Part shown: positions 25,451-39,307 of the stretch, one piece after another
Numbering within the stretch: position 1 is the first letter of the stretch
Layout of the letters: every line of letters starts with the position of its first letter
Origin: Centroscyllium fabricii
Lineage: Eukaryota
NCBI GenBank assembly: GCA_051313645.2
Contig: JBNRSN020000003.1
Span: forward strand, 178,684,001 to 178,748,000
Length of the DNA: 64,000 nt
Direction: 5' to 3'
Notes under the pieces: generated by a model
Database searches by the model: none
What the model was told of the DNA's origin: nothing
What the model saw: the letters and a program-made list of their open reading frames with translations, nothing else
Made by a program: the position numbers and the translations under genes

Positions 25451-25756
25451 TAGGGCTGGATTTTACCAACCTCGGCTTGTGCTGGCCTCGCTGCTGGCTC
25501 CAGCCCACTATCCAAAATGATTTTCCCCTAACTGGGCTTGTTAAGACCATCCAGCGCGTTTGTCGGTCAATTGAAGGAAGTGGATGGCGTCATCAGCCGG
25601 TTTCCTTAAAGGGACCATGCGCAAATTAATTTTGACATTTGTACTGTCAGTGTTCTACAGCACTGAGGTGCTGAAACATTGACAAGCACTGCACAGAGGT
25701 GCAGGGCTGCACCCAGGCTCTCCCATAACTCCCTCCATGGGGCAAAATCCTGGAAC

Positions 25757-26005
25757 TCTACCTAATAGCACAGTGGGAGCACCTTCACCACACAGACTGC
25801 AGCGGTTCAAGAAGAAGACCCACCACCACCTTCTCAGGGCAAACTAGGGATGAGCAATAAATGCCAGCCTTACCAGTGATGCGGAGGTGCCGGTGTTGGA
25901 CTGGGGTGGACAAATGCAAGAAGTCACACGACACCAGGTTATAGTCCAACAGTTTTATTTTACCAGCCTTACCAGTGACATCCACATCCAAAAATAAATA
26001 ATAAA
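25757..26005 (+). mobile_element. LINE (CR1/L2-group) 3' end containing a short Penelope-like insert
   Basis: gcagcggttcaagaag...ctagggatgagcaataaatgccagcc tail; insert 25883-25960 flanked by duplicated ccagccttaccagtga. Confidence 0.6.
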
Positions 26006-26414
26006 GCCTTGAATGAATTATCACCAGATTATCATCTGTATTTTGATGGTACCCCTGTTGTTAGAAATATAAATGTTCTAATTACTGGCACCTGTGAGAA
26101 TGAGAGACAGAGACTGAAAAGAGATACACTTCCAGGAACTAAGCACCGAATATCAAATATAATGTTTGCAGAGACCTCAGAAAATTACAAATCTGTGCTG
26201 CCAGGTTTGGGACATCCTCAACCCCACTCGGTGCGGTCAGGCTCATGCTCTGTCCCTTTCCTCACTGCTAAAAAGACACCAGGGCCCTGCAATTCCATGG
26301 AGCCTTTACCAGTCTGCTACTGTAACTCAAACATGAGACCCCAAGGTTCTGCCGTTCTCCTGCCGGAGTTATGGTAGGAGGCCAGTAGAACCCCTAAAAT
26401 TTAAGGGCCCAGGC

Positions 26415-26456
26415 ATCCACATCCACATCCACATCCACATCCACATCCACCTCCAC
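26415..26456. repeat. (CCACAT)n microsatellite
   Basis: About six hexamer units read directly. Confidence 0.9.
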
Positions 26457-28761
26457 CCTGCTTCTGCCCGACCTCAAGTTCCTCCTGCACAAAATTCCCT
26501 CCCCACCCACCCCTTCACCAACCCAACACAGTGCTGCCAAACTCCAGGACCACCCACCAATGTTATCAAACCACCCTCCCCCTACCCAGTACTGCTAGAT
26601 ATCAGTTTTCTAACTCACAACTGGTACATCTTGTGTACCATCTTACTGTTTATTCTCAGCTTTCAAATTGGTATGCTAATAATAAAATACATAGGAAAAT
26701 AAAGGCCATTCACAGAATGAGAATTGTAGAATTTGATCCCTAAAGTACCAATAAAAAAGGGAATTGGATTTACTCATTTACCGAGTGACCCTGTTGTTAT
26801 CCCCTACATGGCGTAAATGCTTCTATTGTTATAAAACAGTGAACCTTCTGACTCACATAAGCAACACAGTGGCAGATCTGCTAGCAACCAATAAAAAGAA
26901 CTCACGTTCTCATGTCATTGCCTATAACAACCGCTGAAATTACTGAACTTGTCAAAAATGTTGTTTGTTCAGAATACGGTTTTATCTATAATCGAGTTAA
27001 TGAGCATTTACTTTTCCCGTGTTGAAACAGGATGCTGGGCATTATATCCTTTTTTTAAGAAGAGGCAGTCATGCAACAACACGATTTTAAATGACATTTC
27101 TGCCAATCACAGATGCCTCTTTGAAAGTTGGCAGTCGCTGCACCATTTATCAAAAGAGTTTAATTAACAACTTAATTGCCAAATGAGATGATGCATTCCT
27201 TTTATAGCTGGTGAAGTTATAGAGTAAACTGATCCCATGAGCAATGCTGTAGCCAGACACTTCTGAGGGTACGTTTTGTCTGTGTACCATCCTGTTCACA
27301 CTGAGAAAACGGAGCAATAGGCGGACAATTTTTTTTTTTTAAAGCCTATCGCTCACTCGTTGCCCAAAGTCTGTCCAACTTCATTTTTACGCAGGCCGTA
27401 AAATGGGCAGTTTGTGACCTTGCCTGAAATAGGAGGAAGCCTTACTAAAATATTTAAATCGGGGTCCTACATCATTGCAGGACCTCAATGCAGTTCTGGT
27501 CTTCCACTGGGTGAAATGGAACATGCATAAAAGAGACCCTGCAGACTACTTCAAAAAAGCTACACAATAACTCCTCCTGACGCCACAAAAAACTCCCCAC
27601 TCAGTGTCCCTTCCCCCCTCCCCTTAAGTACCTATTTCCGGCTCGGCTTTGGGATGGAGCTGCCGGATCCACAACGGCCAACCGCACCCCCCGATCAGCA
27701 AGCTACCTGTCACCACTCATTGAGCGATGGCAGCTTGCCAAAGGTGTTGTAATAAGGCCCAACTATAAAAATGGTTCTGGTCTCTGGCTAGTGCCATCGG
27801 GCGGGCGGACGATTCGATTGCTCTGCCTGTCGCCCACTCAACATGCACCCAAACCAATAATCGCCCCGCTTTTGTCCCCGGGCGCCAAACAAAATCAAAT
27901 AAAATCAAGATTATTGCAGCATTATTCATTGCACGCTGCTGCTGAGGACAGTGAGTGCGCACTGGCACCAAGTACACCTGAGCACGTCTTCCTACTTGGC
28001 TCGCACATGACCCAGCTCAACTCAGGCCCAGGTTAACCTTCTTCACATCAACAGCAATACAGAATTTCCACAATTCTGAGAAGGTGAATTATTATCTGAC
28101 ACTAGCCCATTCGTATCCTGGTTATATGGCAAATCAGGAACTACTAGGACTCCAAAAACATCTACAAGCCAGCTCCAGATGTAAAGAATGACCACAGTGA
28201 ACTCCTCCTGAATTGTAAATGACAACAGAGAGCAACTAGTGATCTCAGCATCTCCATCAAGCAACTGGGATATATCTGTTTTCCAGCTAAATTGTGCCTT
28301 ATGGCGCCCCATGTGTAAATGTACTTCCTCAACGGCACAAGTTTGAATGTGCATTGCAGCATAATCTGCCTAAATTGCCAACATCTACCAGTGTGGTTTC
28401 TTAAGTGAAACTAGAAGAGAATGGGAACCTATCTTGTGTCCTGCTACTAAGAGCCAATATAACTGTGGTACCTGTACTTTGTTTCTGTGAACAAAGCTCT
28501 GCCAATGCAGAAACTGCAAAAAGCAAACCAGGAATGGTACACCCTAGTTATGGACTAAAAATCAAGATGCTCAGTGGCTAGCTGGTGCACAACTCCCTAG
28601 AACAGATTATTCACACACGCCTGTGGCTCTGGGATGCAGTAAAATCAACAAAAAACAGCAGGCAGACGCAAGCCATCACAGGAGCCACTGTCACTCAGGG
28701 AAACCAGCCACATCAGCAGGAACTCAAGTTGTTTGACAGCGCTGCCCTTCCTTTGTATGAG

Positions 28762-28815
28762 TTCATTTTATTAATCGTCAAATAATTGTTCATTTTATTA
28801 ATCGTCAAATTATTG
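28762..28815. repeat. Short tandem duplication (about 28 bp x2)
   Basis: ttcattttattaatcgtcaaat(a/t)attg twice. Confidence 0.85.
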
Positions 28816-29909
28816 CCCATTTTATCCATGGAAGGAAGAAACCAATCACAATCTTCAGTGAATTACTCTTCACAATGGCCCTGTTGTGAACAGCTTTTGG
28901 TTTTGTATTAAGTGGTTCTTCTCACTTTTCACCATATTTATCTATAGGCCTCTCACCTTCACACATCCTTTTTTTAGCTAGCACAAGCTCAAAGGGTATG
29001 TGGTTTCTCCATAAACTTCAAAGATTGCAATACTCCATTTAATCAACAGGAGGCACACATCTGTCAATCAGGTGCCCCTCTTCCTAACCAGGGTGAAATC
29101 CCTGGTACCCTGTATTGTAAGGGAATCCTGTTAACACTCAGTCAGATGACAAAGAGCCTGATTAAAAGGGGCACACAGGAATCCACACTCAGCTCATACA
29201 TGCAGTTGGAAATATTCTGCACACGGAATCAAGATCAAGGGGTTCCAAAATGGTCACTGGGATAACCAAGCCCAATCATGCAAAGCCTTTTAAAGCCCTC
29301 CGTAAAACTGAAAACAAATTATCAGCTTTGCCGACTTCAAGCTGTCCGTGCAGATGGAGCCTGCTTTCACAAAGACTTCACTCGAACTGCGAGAAGACAG
29401 CAGTTCTCAAAGAATCTGCCTCAGGGATACCAAAACATTTTCTGTAGCTCATTTCCTGTCACTTTCTTGTCTAGACTAGTACAGCAGCCTCGAAACCTTA
29501 TTGTTTTCCTCCCCCATAGCAACAATACATTTATATGCTTTCCTACGCCACTAAAATCATTTAATACAGAATAAAGTCCAATAAGCTCAGCCATGCATGC
29601 CACGTTCTCCTTTGATGAGACACATTCGTACCTAGCAAACTTAACTGACCCAAAGGAAAAGGATCATGCACCATCTTCTCAGCGTCCCTCAGGATACAGC
29701 CATTCCTGTTCATTCAGAAGCCTATTGCATCCTCACCACCTAACAGGCTTGAAGCTAGCCCTGGCTACCAGAATATCTATTGACTATAATATCAGAACAA
29801 ACGTTCCATATATTTAATAGCTGTTTACAGCCTACAATTTTTCTTTTAACCTGAAGTGGTGTCATTATAAATGATATTATTAAATACACCACATTAAAAA
29901 ATCCCTATT

Positions 29910-30250
29910 CGCTCCCCTGATGTTTCAGTTGGTAAATGTACTACACAGTGTGGAACTGAATCACACAGACCAGGAAGATTTCAGGTTCAGTTCCTTGTCT
30001 ATACTTAGCTTGCTGGTCTCAGCTAGCTTCAGTTTTCCTGGGTTTCAGGGTGGGGGAGGGGAATGAGCCAAGGTGTCTTTCCCTGATCACTATCAAGTGA
30101 CTCCTGCTAGAAACTGCATATATGTAGATAGGATCTGGTGGTGTTGCCTCCATTGACAAGATGGACACTTAGCTGAGTTATATCTGTCAACACCCATGCA
30201 ACCATACCCCTGCATGAGTCACTGCTTTCAGGAGAACAAGAGAAAGGGAG
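29910..30250 (+). mobile_element. Old tRNA-head SINE-like repeat
   Basis: Degenerate A/B boxes (tgtttcagttggt...ggttcagttcc) and ttagcttgctggtctcagc; boundaries approximate. Confidence 0.4.
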
Positions 30251-31281
30251 GGTGTGTGTGGGGTGGGCAGGGGGAAGATTCATGTCATTCCACATGCCAT
30301 TTTAGGTCACATCCGTAACAGCTCAAGTCAGGATTGCATTGTTTTATCAGTGTTTATTTATGACAAGTGGGAAAATATTCCACATGCAAGGTTATAAAAT
30401 AAAGGAGGTACACCCCAGCCCTTTAGTTAGCTTCATTGCCAGTTCACAATGAAGTCGGCATTTGTCACTGTTGGTCGTCTGGTAGCGATTAGAAAAGTTA
30501 CATTTCAGACTGCTTTTAAGAACATTGCACAAAATGTTATGTTGATTATTATAAAAGATGGCAAGAACAATGTGGAAAATGTATTTAACTCTGCACAGTT
30601 GATCTCTGGTTTCATTAAGAGACTTTGGCAAAAGCAACAGGGATGAAGGAAGCCCCACAGGAAGACAGAGACAGCATAATGTAAAGTAATGAGCTTAATC
30701 TGAAAATCAGTTGTTTAGAAATATTCTATTCTAATTGTACTTTGGAAAAATACACATCTGGTGTATTTTTTGAAAATGAACTTTTAAAGAGTTTTTTAAA
30801 AATAGCTCATAGTTTCAACGCCCCTCTCTTAAATTGTTTTACACACAAGCTTCAGTGCGTTGTATATCAGTGTAAGGAGGGAGTTGACAGGAAATGTAAC
30901 TTTTAAATTAGTCTGGCAAGAAGAAAGCTTTTTTGATAAGAGAAAATTTCAACCTCTATATTCTAAGGCAGCAACACAAGATCGAGTGGAGCTCCATTTG
31001 GAGGTTCCAAAATCAATGAATAAAAAGTCTTAACACGAGAATAAATACCACCACAAAAGGTTTGTCAGGGATGTTCAGTGATTTCTTGCTGCAGGATTTA
31101 TTCTATGAAATGTTATTTAATAAAAAGAATTATAGCTAAACACCCTGCCACCTCTTAAAATCAAGAGCCCTTTGTGTAAACTTTAGTTAGTGATCAATAC
31201 AATGCAGCAAATTATTTGTCTCTAATTTACTGTTTTTTGTGGAATTGACTTTCACTGAGTAATAGGATGGTACACAAGGTA

Positions 31282-31816
31282 CAGGTTGAGCAGCGTTAAT
31301 CCGCCACGGGCGGGACCAGGCCCGTGCCGGGAAATGGAAAAAAACGGGAGAACGAGTTTGGACACTGCGCATGCGCGCCATTCAAAATGGCCGCGCGCAT
31401 GCGCGCAGCATTGAGATTGGCTGGCGCGCGCATGCGCAGATCGGGCACGGGTCCGCGTTCCCTCTCCATCGCCTTTCGGGTTGCTGCTGCCGCCGAGCCG
31501 GACTCAGGCTGACAGCTGTTGCCTAGTGACTGTCCGCCTCAGTCACGGGGCTCAGCTGTCGGGAAAATAACCGGCGGCCGCATTGAATTATCTGCGCATG
31601 CGCTAACTGTCCGGTGACGCATGCGCAGATCATTCAAAACACCCGCAGCTGTTTTGAATGATCTGCGCATGCGCTCGGCTCGGCGCATGCGCAGATCATT
31701 CACTGAAGCCACGAGGGGGCTGCCATTTTGCGCATGCGCAGTGCAGTCGGGGCAATTTGTGCCGGCAGACTGAAGCTGCCGGCTATTCGGGACACGGATT
31801 AACGGTGCTCAACCTG
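31282..31816. mobile_element. pogo/Tigger-like MITE related to 11230-11791
   Basis: TIRs caggttgagcagcgttaatccg / cggattaacggtgctcaacctg with TA duplications; many gcgcatgcgc motifs. Confidence 0.85.
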
Positions 31817-31869
31817 TAGTAGCTTCTGTAATTATTGAACCTACTTTTTTTATACATATGTATGTAATT

Positions 31870-32379
31870 GGCTGTATTATCCGACTCATACGGGCGCGTA
31901 CGAGTTGTATAAGAGTTTTCAAAAATAAAATGTTATCACTCATTTATACATTAAAAACCCTGTCCAATAAGGTAACTTTATTTTTAGCCCCATTAAAACA
32001 TTAACATTTTGTTTAAAATATTTAATTAAATGGCATTTTAATTAATTTTAAATATGTAAGTTTTTTAAAATGTATTTCACGTGTTTGTGTATTTTTAAAG
32101 TGATCCGCATTGATACTTATGGGAATTCCGTACGTACGGAACTCCCATAAGTATGACCGGGGTTTCCCTTCTTTTATTGGTTAGGCCGACCCAAGTATTC
32201 CAGGGGCGCATGCGAACCGCATACGCCCCTGGGATATGTGGGCCTCTGCCCGCACGTACCCAGAGAGGCCCAAGATCGCAAGTCTCCGTACCTCCCGGGC
32301 CACCAGGTAAATGCATACATTTATTTTACAGGTTGGAAGCATCTGCCTGTGGGAAGCCTCTGATTGCACATTTTGGGCC
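31870..32379. mobile_element. Probable non-autonomous DNA element
   Basis: ATT on both sides, gg...cc ends, CpG-rich arms around an AT-rich core; TIR match poor. Confidence 0.35.
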
Positions 32380-35300
32380 ATTATCTATAATTCAGGATAC
32401 CTGCAAACCAACTGAATAAATTGTGGAAAACTGCCTTTTCCCCATGTGTTTAGAGACATTACAGCTAATCCAAACAGCACTGCTCATAGTCTTTTTCCTG
32501 TCTAAACTAGTTCGTACCAGGCACGAGCCAAAGTAAATAGTGCTTCACAATTTCAATAAGACTCATTTACTTCTACTTTTCACCCAAGTCACTGTCAAAA
32601 ACAGAGCTATGATTTGTAATGGGCAGATTATACCAGCTACATTTCCAGTAGCACAATTTTTGAGTGTATGCATTTAAAAATTTCAATAATCTCTACAGGG
32701 AAATAAAACCAACCTTTAATTCTTGCGTCCTACGGATTCGCTATGGCCAGCTGCCAGGAACACCATTTTTTTAACCAGGTCTTTCCGGTGGCTTGTGTTA
32801 CAAATTCAGCACATTTACTTTCGGGTTGCCAGACCCATATGACTGCAAAACTTACATTGGGAGCCACCAGCCCTAGTATCCCACCAAACCTCACATAAAA
32901 GCAGCTAAGGAGCACATTTAAACCCAGGAACATGGAGCTCACTAGCCCACTCAAGGAATCGTGCTGTGCAGGAATTACTGCTCAAACGTGGCTCAGCTCA
33001 AAGCTAACTAAGTACTTTTATAGGTGGTAGAGGGTGGGGGGTGGAGAAAGAATTAAAACAACATTGTTTTACAGACAAAATAACTGCATGTTGCTTGGAT
33101 AATCACCCACCGCTCATTTCATAACTAGTCATATGGCCATTTACCGAACGTCTTGAACCAAAGACCTAGATGCATACATCTTTCATGAACCATTAACAAC
33201 CAGCTGCTGGCTGAGGCCTTGCTGCCATTTAAAAAAATAGGCACACCAGTGATCAATAGCACAATTTCAGTTTACTCACTGACGGCTGTAATTTATATTT
33301 CACATTTTTATATAAAAAAAAGACAGCAACAATTAAAAGCATCACGCAGTGACATTGAAGAGTTCTGTTCTTTATCTGTAGAATGAATACCAATTTGCCT
33401 TATGGCAAAGCAGCCAATCAACATTTTCCTTCTGAAGGAAAGCTGGTAAATGGCACTGGAGTCTTTCAGTGACCTCATGTTGCCATTTTCTAACTGGCCT
33501 TCCCCAGGCAGGGGCCATTAACTGCCTGTTATTTTATCTACATTTCAAAGCAAATTTGGCTGGGGTTCCCAGGAGGGTTTCTTGCATCTGTAAAAGCGCA
33601 GGCTGCAGGATGATTTTTTTTGTTGTGTTATAAAGTCACCAGCTTTTCCGTTTTTGACCCCTGCCTTTTGACATCTTCACTTCCTGTGCCATCAGCACAA
33701 CCAAAGAGTTTCCAACATTGCCACAGTTTGAGGCTATGATAATATCACAGCATTTGTAAACCAATTCAGACATCAGCCATAAATTATTCAAGGCATGCTA
33801 TGTTTGTTCAACTAGCAGTAAGAAACCCTGAGCTATATTTTCAGTAGCACAATCCCCCCTCTATCTACTAACCTATTCTATACCCACTCACCATTTTTCA
33901 CAACAGGCTAACAGTTTCATCTTTCACCACTTAACACCTTAAACCTGTCTATTTAATTTTTAGCTTTGTGATTCTGAATCAGTCTTTTTTCAGGCTAACC
34001 TATTCAAGCCTCCCACCAGATCCCCTCCCCCCACCTATTAAGCTTCATTATCCCATTCAGGCTACAGCAAACCCATGGGTTTGAGGTCACACTGCTCCGT
34101 CTCTCTCTCTCTTTCTTTCTCTCTCCCTTCATTTCTTAAATGTTTGTTTAAAGATGGAATAATTTTGCTGTGTATGTACAAGAGGCACCGGGGACCTTGC
34201 GTTGAGGTTCAGTGTCTGGCAGGAGGTAGCTAATGTGGGCTGGTTGCATATTTCACACAAAGCCACAAGCTGCTGTTCACAATCTACCTAACCGGTTGTG
34301 TCTGGGCGTCAGCACCAAGCTGCAAGAAACTCTTGTTTGTATGCTACACTTAAACCTTGTAGATTATTCCAGGCACTGACGAACACGAAAGCATTTTTAG
34401 TCAGCTGACACAGGCAGAAACACGATAGTCTATTGAATTTAGAGTCAGGAAAATTGAATATGTTAATTCAGTTTGAGAGACAGTGATACCACCAGCGCTG
34501 CAAGAAAAAGAAATTCAACTGTCTTTTCCTCTCCTGAATTAACAATTTAATTATTTTTCTAATGCTTTATATTTAACTTTGGCAAACAGCTTAAATATCA
34601 GCAAAATGATATACATTAACAAGCACTGTTATTTTATTACAGTTTAAAATTGATGTACATACAGTAAAGCAGACATTAGATTCTAGTTTCATGAACACAT
34701 TGAAGCTCCCTGCTTCAGCCCAATTAAATCCATTAATGTGTATTACAAATCTTAGCTCAGTATAGAAGATTCTTTGCAGATATCCCTATGCTGCTGATAT
34801 CTTCAAACATTCACATCACTGCTACAGTATACACACATTCTTAAAGCCCGACCTTTCTTCTTTATTTAAAAAAAATGCTGCCTCTCCTCTCCATTCACAC
34901 TAGATAATCACAGCCAGAAGAAGGTCTGACAGTTTACGTAATAGTCCCTTGAGGCAATTTGTCATGCCAGATATTAGCCATCTTCTGGAGCTTAGTAGCC
35001 CATTTGTTTCCTTTTTGCTATGTGCAAATGGTTTACCAGACAGAGCTGGAAAAAGAATTGCCTTTCATTCAATTTGACATCTGAGCTGCTTCTACATGTC
35101 CATTGTACTGGTTCTTTTAGCAATTCAAGCCTTAGGCAATAGCCCCATCCAACCTTCAAATTATTATTCCTGATCACTGGAACTTTCACATAACAATAAG
35201 CTCAGTTTTGCTGGTACCCTGTATAAGGAAAGAACTGATCATCTTTTCAGTAAGAATGCAAGATTCCTTTATTTTCGACTGCTAACAGTCTTGGCACCTG

Positions 35301-36524
35301 GCCCTTCTGCCTACACTGCACTTTTTTTATTAGCAAATTATCCAAGACCTATTAACACAAAGGAGACAGAATGGCCACTGGCAAACAATCAAGAGGGTTA
35401 GCGACATCTCGACCAATCAAACAGAGGCAATCCATTCTACTTTAAAAGATGGAGAGAGAAAAACAACCAGGGCAGCGCTAGAAATTTCCACCAATTTCTT
35501 AAAAACAGCAGTTTTAGACATGAATTTTTTTACCATCAGCCCCCGACCCCATTTTTTCACAGTAAAAGCATATTTATTTTGCATCTGAATCCAAAGCATT
35601 TCTTTTTTTACATTTCCTCCACCATTGCTATCTGAAGGACAGCAGAAAAGACTTGACTCTTGCAATGTTTAATTAGCCCAGCATGTAATTTAATCCTTTG
35701 ATAAAAATGGGGAGCATACTCTTGATTATTGCTGCTCGTCCACTGAGCTACTAATTTACATGATTCAATTACATCTTCTGTTTGTTACCATTTGGTCAGC
35801 GGGGGAAGGGACTCAGCTTTTATATGTAATTTTACTGTTACTAAATAGATATAGACAGAGAGGATTATTCCCTCAATTGTATCTGAAGAAAAAATCCTCA
35901 GATAATCAGGAGCAAAATGTAAAAAAAAGAATTACATAGTGATATAGTAGTAAACAGGAATCTCTTTCTCTTCAACTATTAATTCTGCTCAAGCATAAAA
36001 TATTCAGTGGGTCAGAAGGGTATTTGATTCACCATGAATAACTCTATTAAGGTCACCACAGGCTCTCTTATTGCACCACAAACAGCCACACATTCTGATG
36101 CTGGAAGGCAGTCGTTTCCAGGAGCCTAGTTATTCGGAACACACTACACCACATTTTGTATTGAATTTACAAAAGCCCCCAGCTATTTTTAGCATTAGTC
36201 ATTGCCTATTTAAAACGAAAGCTTCTTTGTATTAGTTAGCACGAAGAACGAGTGTTGAAAAAAGTCAAACACAAAACCAGAGCTATTAACCGCAAGCATG
36301 TTCTAACTTTTAATATTAACTCTTCGGGCACTAAGTTCTCATTTTCTTCATTAGGAAAACAGTACACACACGTCATTAGACATCTGTAATACTGATGGGT
36401 CCTTTCCCCCAGCATTGTATCGCCACTGACATGCACTGGTGAAAACCCAGATCACTCATTTCTCCAATTTAGGGTAGCACACAATAAAAAAATTACAGTA
36501 TTTCAGGTAAAACAAAAAGGAAAT

Positions 36525-36648
36525 GGATATGGGGATAGTGCGGGAAGGTGGAGTTGAGACAGAAGATCAGCCATGATCTTATTAAATGGTGGAGCAGGCT
36601 CGAAGGGCCGAATGGCCTACTCCTGCTCCTATTTTTTATGTTCATATG
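36525..36648 (+). mobile_element. CR1-type LINE 3' end fragment
   Basis: gatcagccatgatcttattaaatggtggagcaggctcgaagggccgaatggcctactcctgctcct, the same tail as the V-SINEs. Confidence 0.75.
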
Positions 36649-37726
36649 AAACCCACTGCACAACACTGGCTTTCATCACATACAATACCACAATAGAAGT
36701 GGGGAAAAAATGATCCATTGCAAACTTACAACCACAACTACACAAGGGAAGTACAAGATTCTTCAAACAGACTGAGCTTCTAACCTTCTGTGACCCTCAG
36801 GTGGTGAAATTCACAGTAAATCAAAACTACCAAAAATACCAGTTGAATGACAAACTTCAAGAGTTGGCAGCCTTGTCTAAATATTGCAGGATCTTCACTT
36901 GCTGCAAGCTTTGAGTACTAAATCTGCTTTTATATTGTGCTGAGACTTGAGCTGGTGGTGCAGCCAGCTGAGGGCAGGTGGAAGTAAACTTGCTGGAATT
37001 AACTAAGGCCGGCGGTCAGGACGACACTAGTGGCGCCGCTGCCACTTGCACGATCTCACATAACATAAAAGCAGCTTGAGAAATGCACTGATCTTGGTTT
37101 AGGTTTGTAATCATGTGAAGATTGGTACTAGCATGACCAACCTGCTCACATATGATTTGATGGCTGAGTGACCAAATGTGACAACCCAACTGGCTACTAA
37201 TTGAAAATAATGTTTTTTAAATCTATCTCCCATTATAGCCAGGTGGGCCCCAGCCCGCACTGAGCTAGCTGATCTCAGCTGCGGCAGCAGTTGGAGCAAT
37301 TGACCTCAGGACCCAAGGTGGCTGGGGAGAAAGAATAAACGTCAAGTTCCGAATCCTAATTATTATCCAGTCAGAAAGTACTCTTGTGGATGTCAGGTAA
37401 GAATAGGATTGGGCTCAGACGTGATGCCCTCCATGTTCGAAGAGCCTGCTGATACTCACTGCCTCGGTCCATACATAAACAAATCCCCAGATACCAGAGG
37501 GCTGCCAGCACCCGTGGAACTATGCTCCAGTACAAATCAGTGCCGAAAGGGGATGCAAGGAAATAAAGGGGGAAAAAAAGCAAAAGTATTCTATTCCTGG
37601 CTACCCAGTGCAGGCACTTTGTCTTAAAGCAATCCCTTGAACAATTACATAGAATTTACAGCACAGAAACAGGCCATTCAGCCCAACTGATTAATGCTCC
37701 ACACAAGCCTCCTGCCACCACTCATC

Positions 37727-38593
37727 AACAATAACAACAACTTGCATTTATACAATACCTTTAACCTGGTGAAAAGTCCCAAGGCGATTCACAGGAGCGT
37801 TATCAAACAAAATTTGACACCGAGACACATAAGGAGATATTTGGGGCAATGACCAACAACTTGGTCAAAAAAGTAGGTTTTAAGGAGTGTCTTAAAGGAG
37901 GAGAGAGAGGTAAAGAGGTTTAGGGAGGGAATTGCAGCGGTTAGGGCCTCGGCGGCTGAAGGCACAGCCATCGATGGTGGAGCGATTAAAATCAGGGATG
38001 CTGAAGAGGCCAGAATTGGAGGAGCGCAGAGATCTCAGAGGGTTGTCGGGCTGGAGGAGGTTACAGAGGTAGGGACGGGCAAGGCCACGGAGGAATCCGG
38101 AAACAAGGATGACAATTTAAAATTGAGGCGTTGCTTAACCAGGAACGGATGTGGGTCAACGAGCACAGGGGTGATGGGTGAACGGTTCTTGGTGCGAGTT
38201 AGGATGCGGGCAGCAGAGCTTTGGCTTACCTTAAGTTTATGGAGGGTTGAAAATGGGAGGCCGGCCAGGAGTGTGTTGGAATAGTCAAATCTAGAGGTAA
38301 AAAAGGCATGAGTGGGTTTCAGCAGCAGATGAGGTGAGTCGGACAATGTTACGGAGGTGGAAGTAGGCGGTTTTAGTGATGGCGCGGATATGTGGTCGGA
38401 CGCCCATCTCGGGGTCAAATACAACACCAAGGTTGCGAACAGTCTGGTTCAGCCTCAGACAGTTGCCAGGGAGAGGGGTGGAGTTGGTGGCTAGGGAACA
38501 GAGTTTATGGCGGGGACTGAAGACAATGGCTTTGGTCTTCAAAATATTTAGTTGAAGGAAATTTCTGTTCATCCAGGACTGGATATCGGACAA
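37727..38593 (-). mobile_element. L2 LINE 3' fragment (RT C-terminus and tail)
   Basis: Minus frames SDIQSWMNRNFLQLNILKTKAI, VRNLGVVFDP, TAYFHLRNIVRL, HAFFTSRFDYSNTLLAGLP; tail taaatgcaagttgttgtt. Confidence 0.88.
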
Positions 38594-38664
38594 GCTCTAA
38601 CACTATCTCTATCAGCATATCCTATCTCGATTCATGTTTACCTAGCTTCCCCTTAATGTATCGA

Positions 38665-39195
38665 CAGGAAACTCTTTATTATCTGGCACCTAAATATCCG
38701 GAATTCTCTACTAACCAGCAAAATTCTCGCTCTGAAAGCAACACCTCAATAACCAGCAATGCTGCCAAGTCCGAGACGGAGTCTCCCGCGGTGGCCGAGT
38801 CAGTCAATCGGGGTAGTTCTCCAAACTGCCACTGCTCGGATTCTTGGCGCTGTCTGAAGACTTCAAAAACCCTGCAACAGAAGCTTCTTCTGATCTGCCA
38901 TTTTACAGGGATACAGTACTGTACTGTGTGTCTCCCACGCTGCTGGTAGTCATTGCATTGCATTATGGAAATCCCTCAACTGGCAGTACTGTACTTAATC
39001 AAGCATCTTCCACCATCCATTTAACACAACATTCTGTAGGTGAGTACCCAATTACTGTATACTGCACATTTCTTGATTTTTAAATTTTTCTTTGTTAAAA
39101 AAAGCCTCAGTAGATAACCCTCTGCGTTATCTGGAAATTTTGATAAACCGGCAACACGCCGGTCCCGTCAGTGCCGGATAATAAAGAGTTTCCTG
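38665..39195. mobile_element. pogo/Tigger-like MITE
   Basis: TIRs caggaaactctttattatctggcac / gtgccggataataaagagtttcctg, TA on the right flank. Confidence 0.75.
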
Positions 39196-39307
39196 TATTA
39201 ATAAGCAATTAAAGCTTATAAAGTATCACAAACCTCACCTGGTTAATCAAACATGGTAACTCAGATTTTATCACAAGCAAAAAATATAAATGATTTAAAC
39301 GTCTTAC

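Noticed and set aside
1-39300. Next ZNF608 exon (VLVVNVTWRNKTYVG...)
   Set aside because: Not found by eye; probably beyond the window, though a short exon could have been missed.
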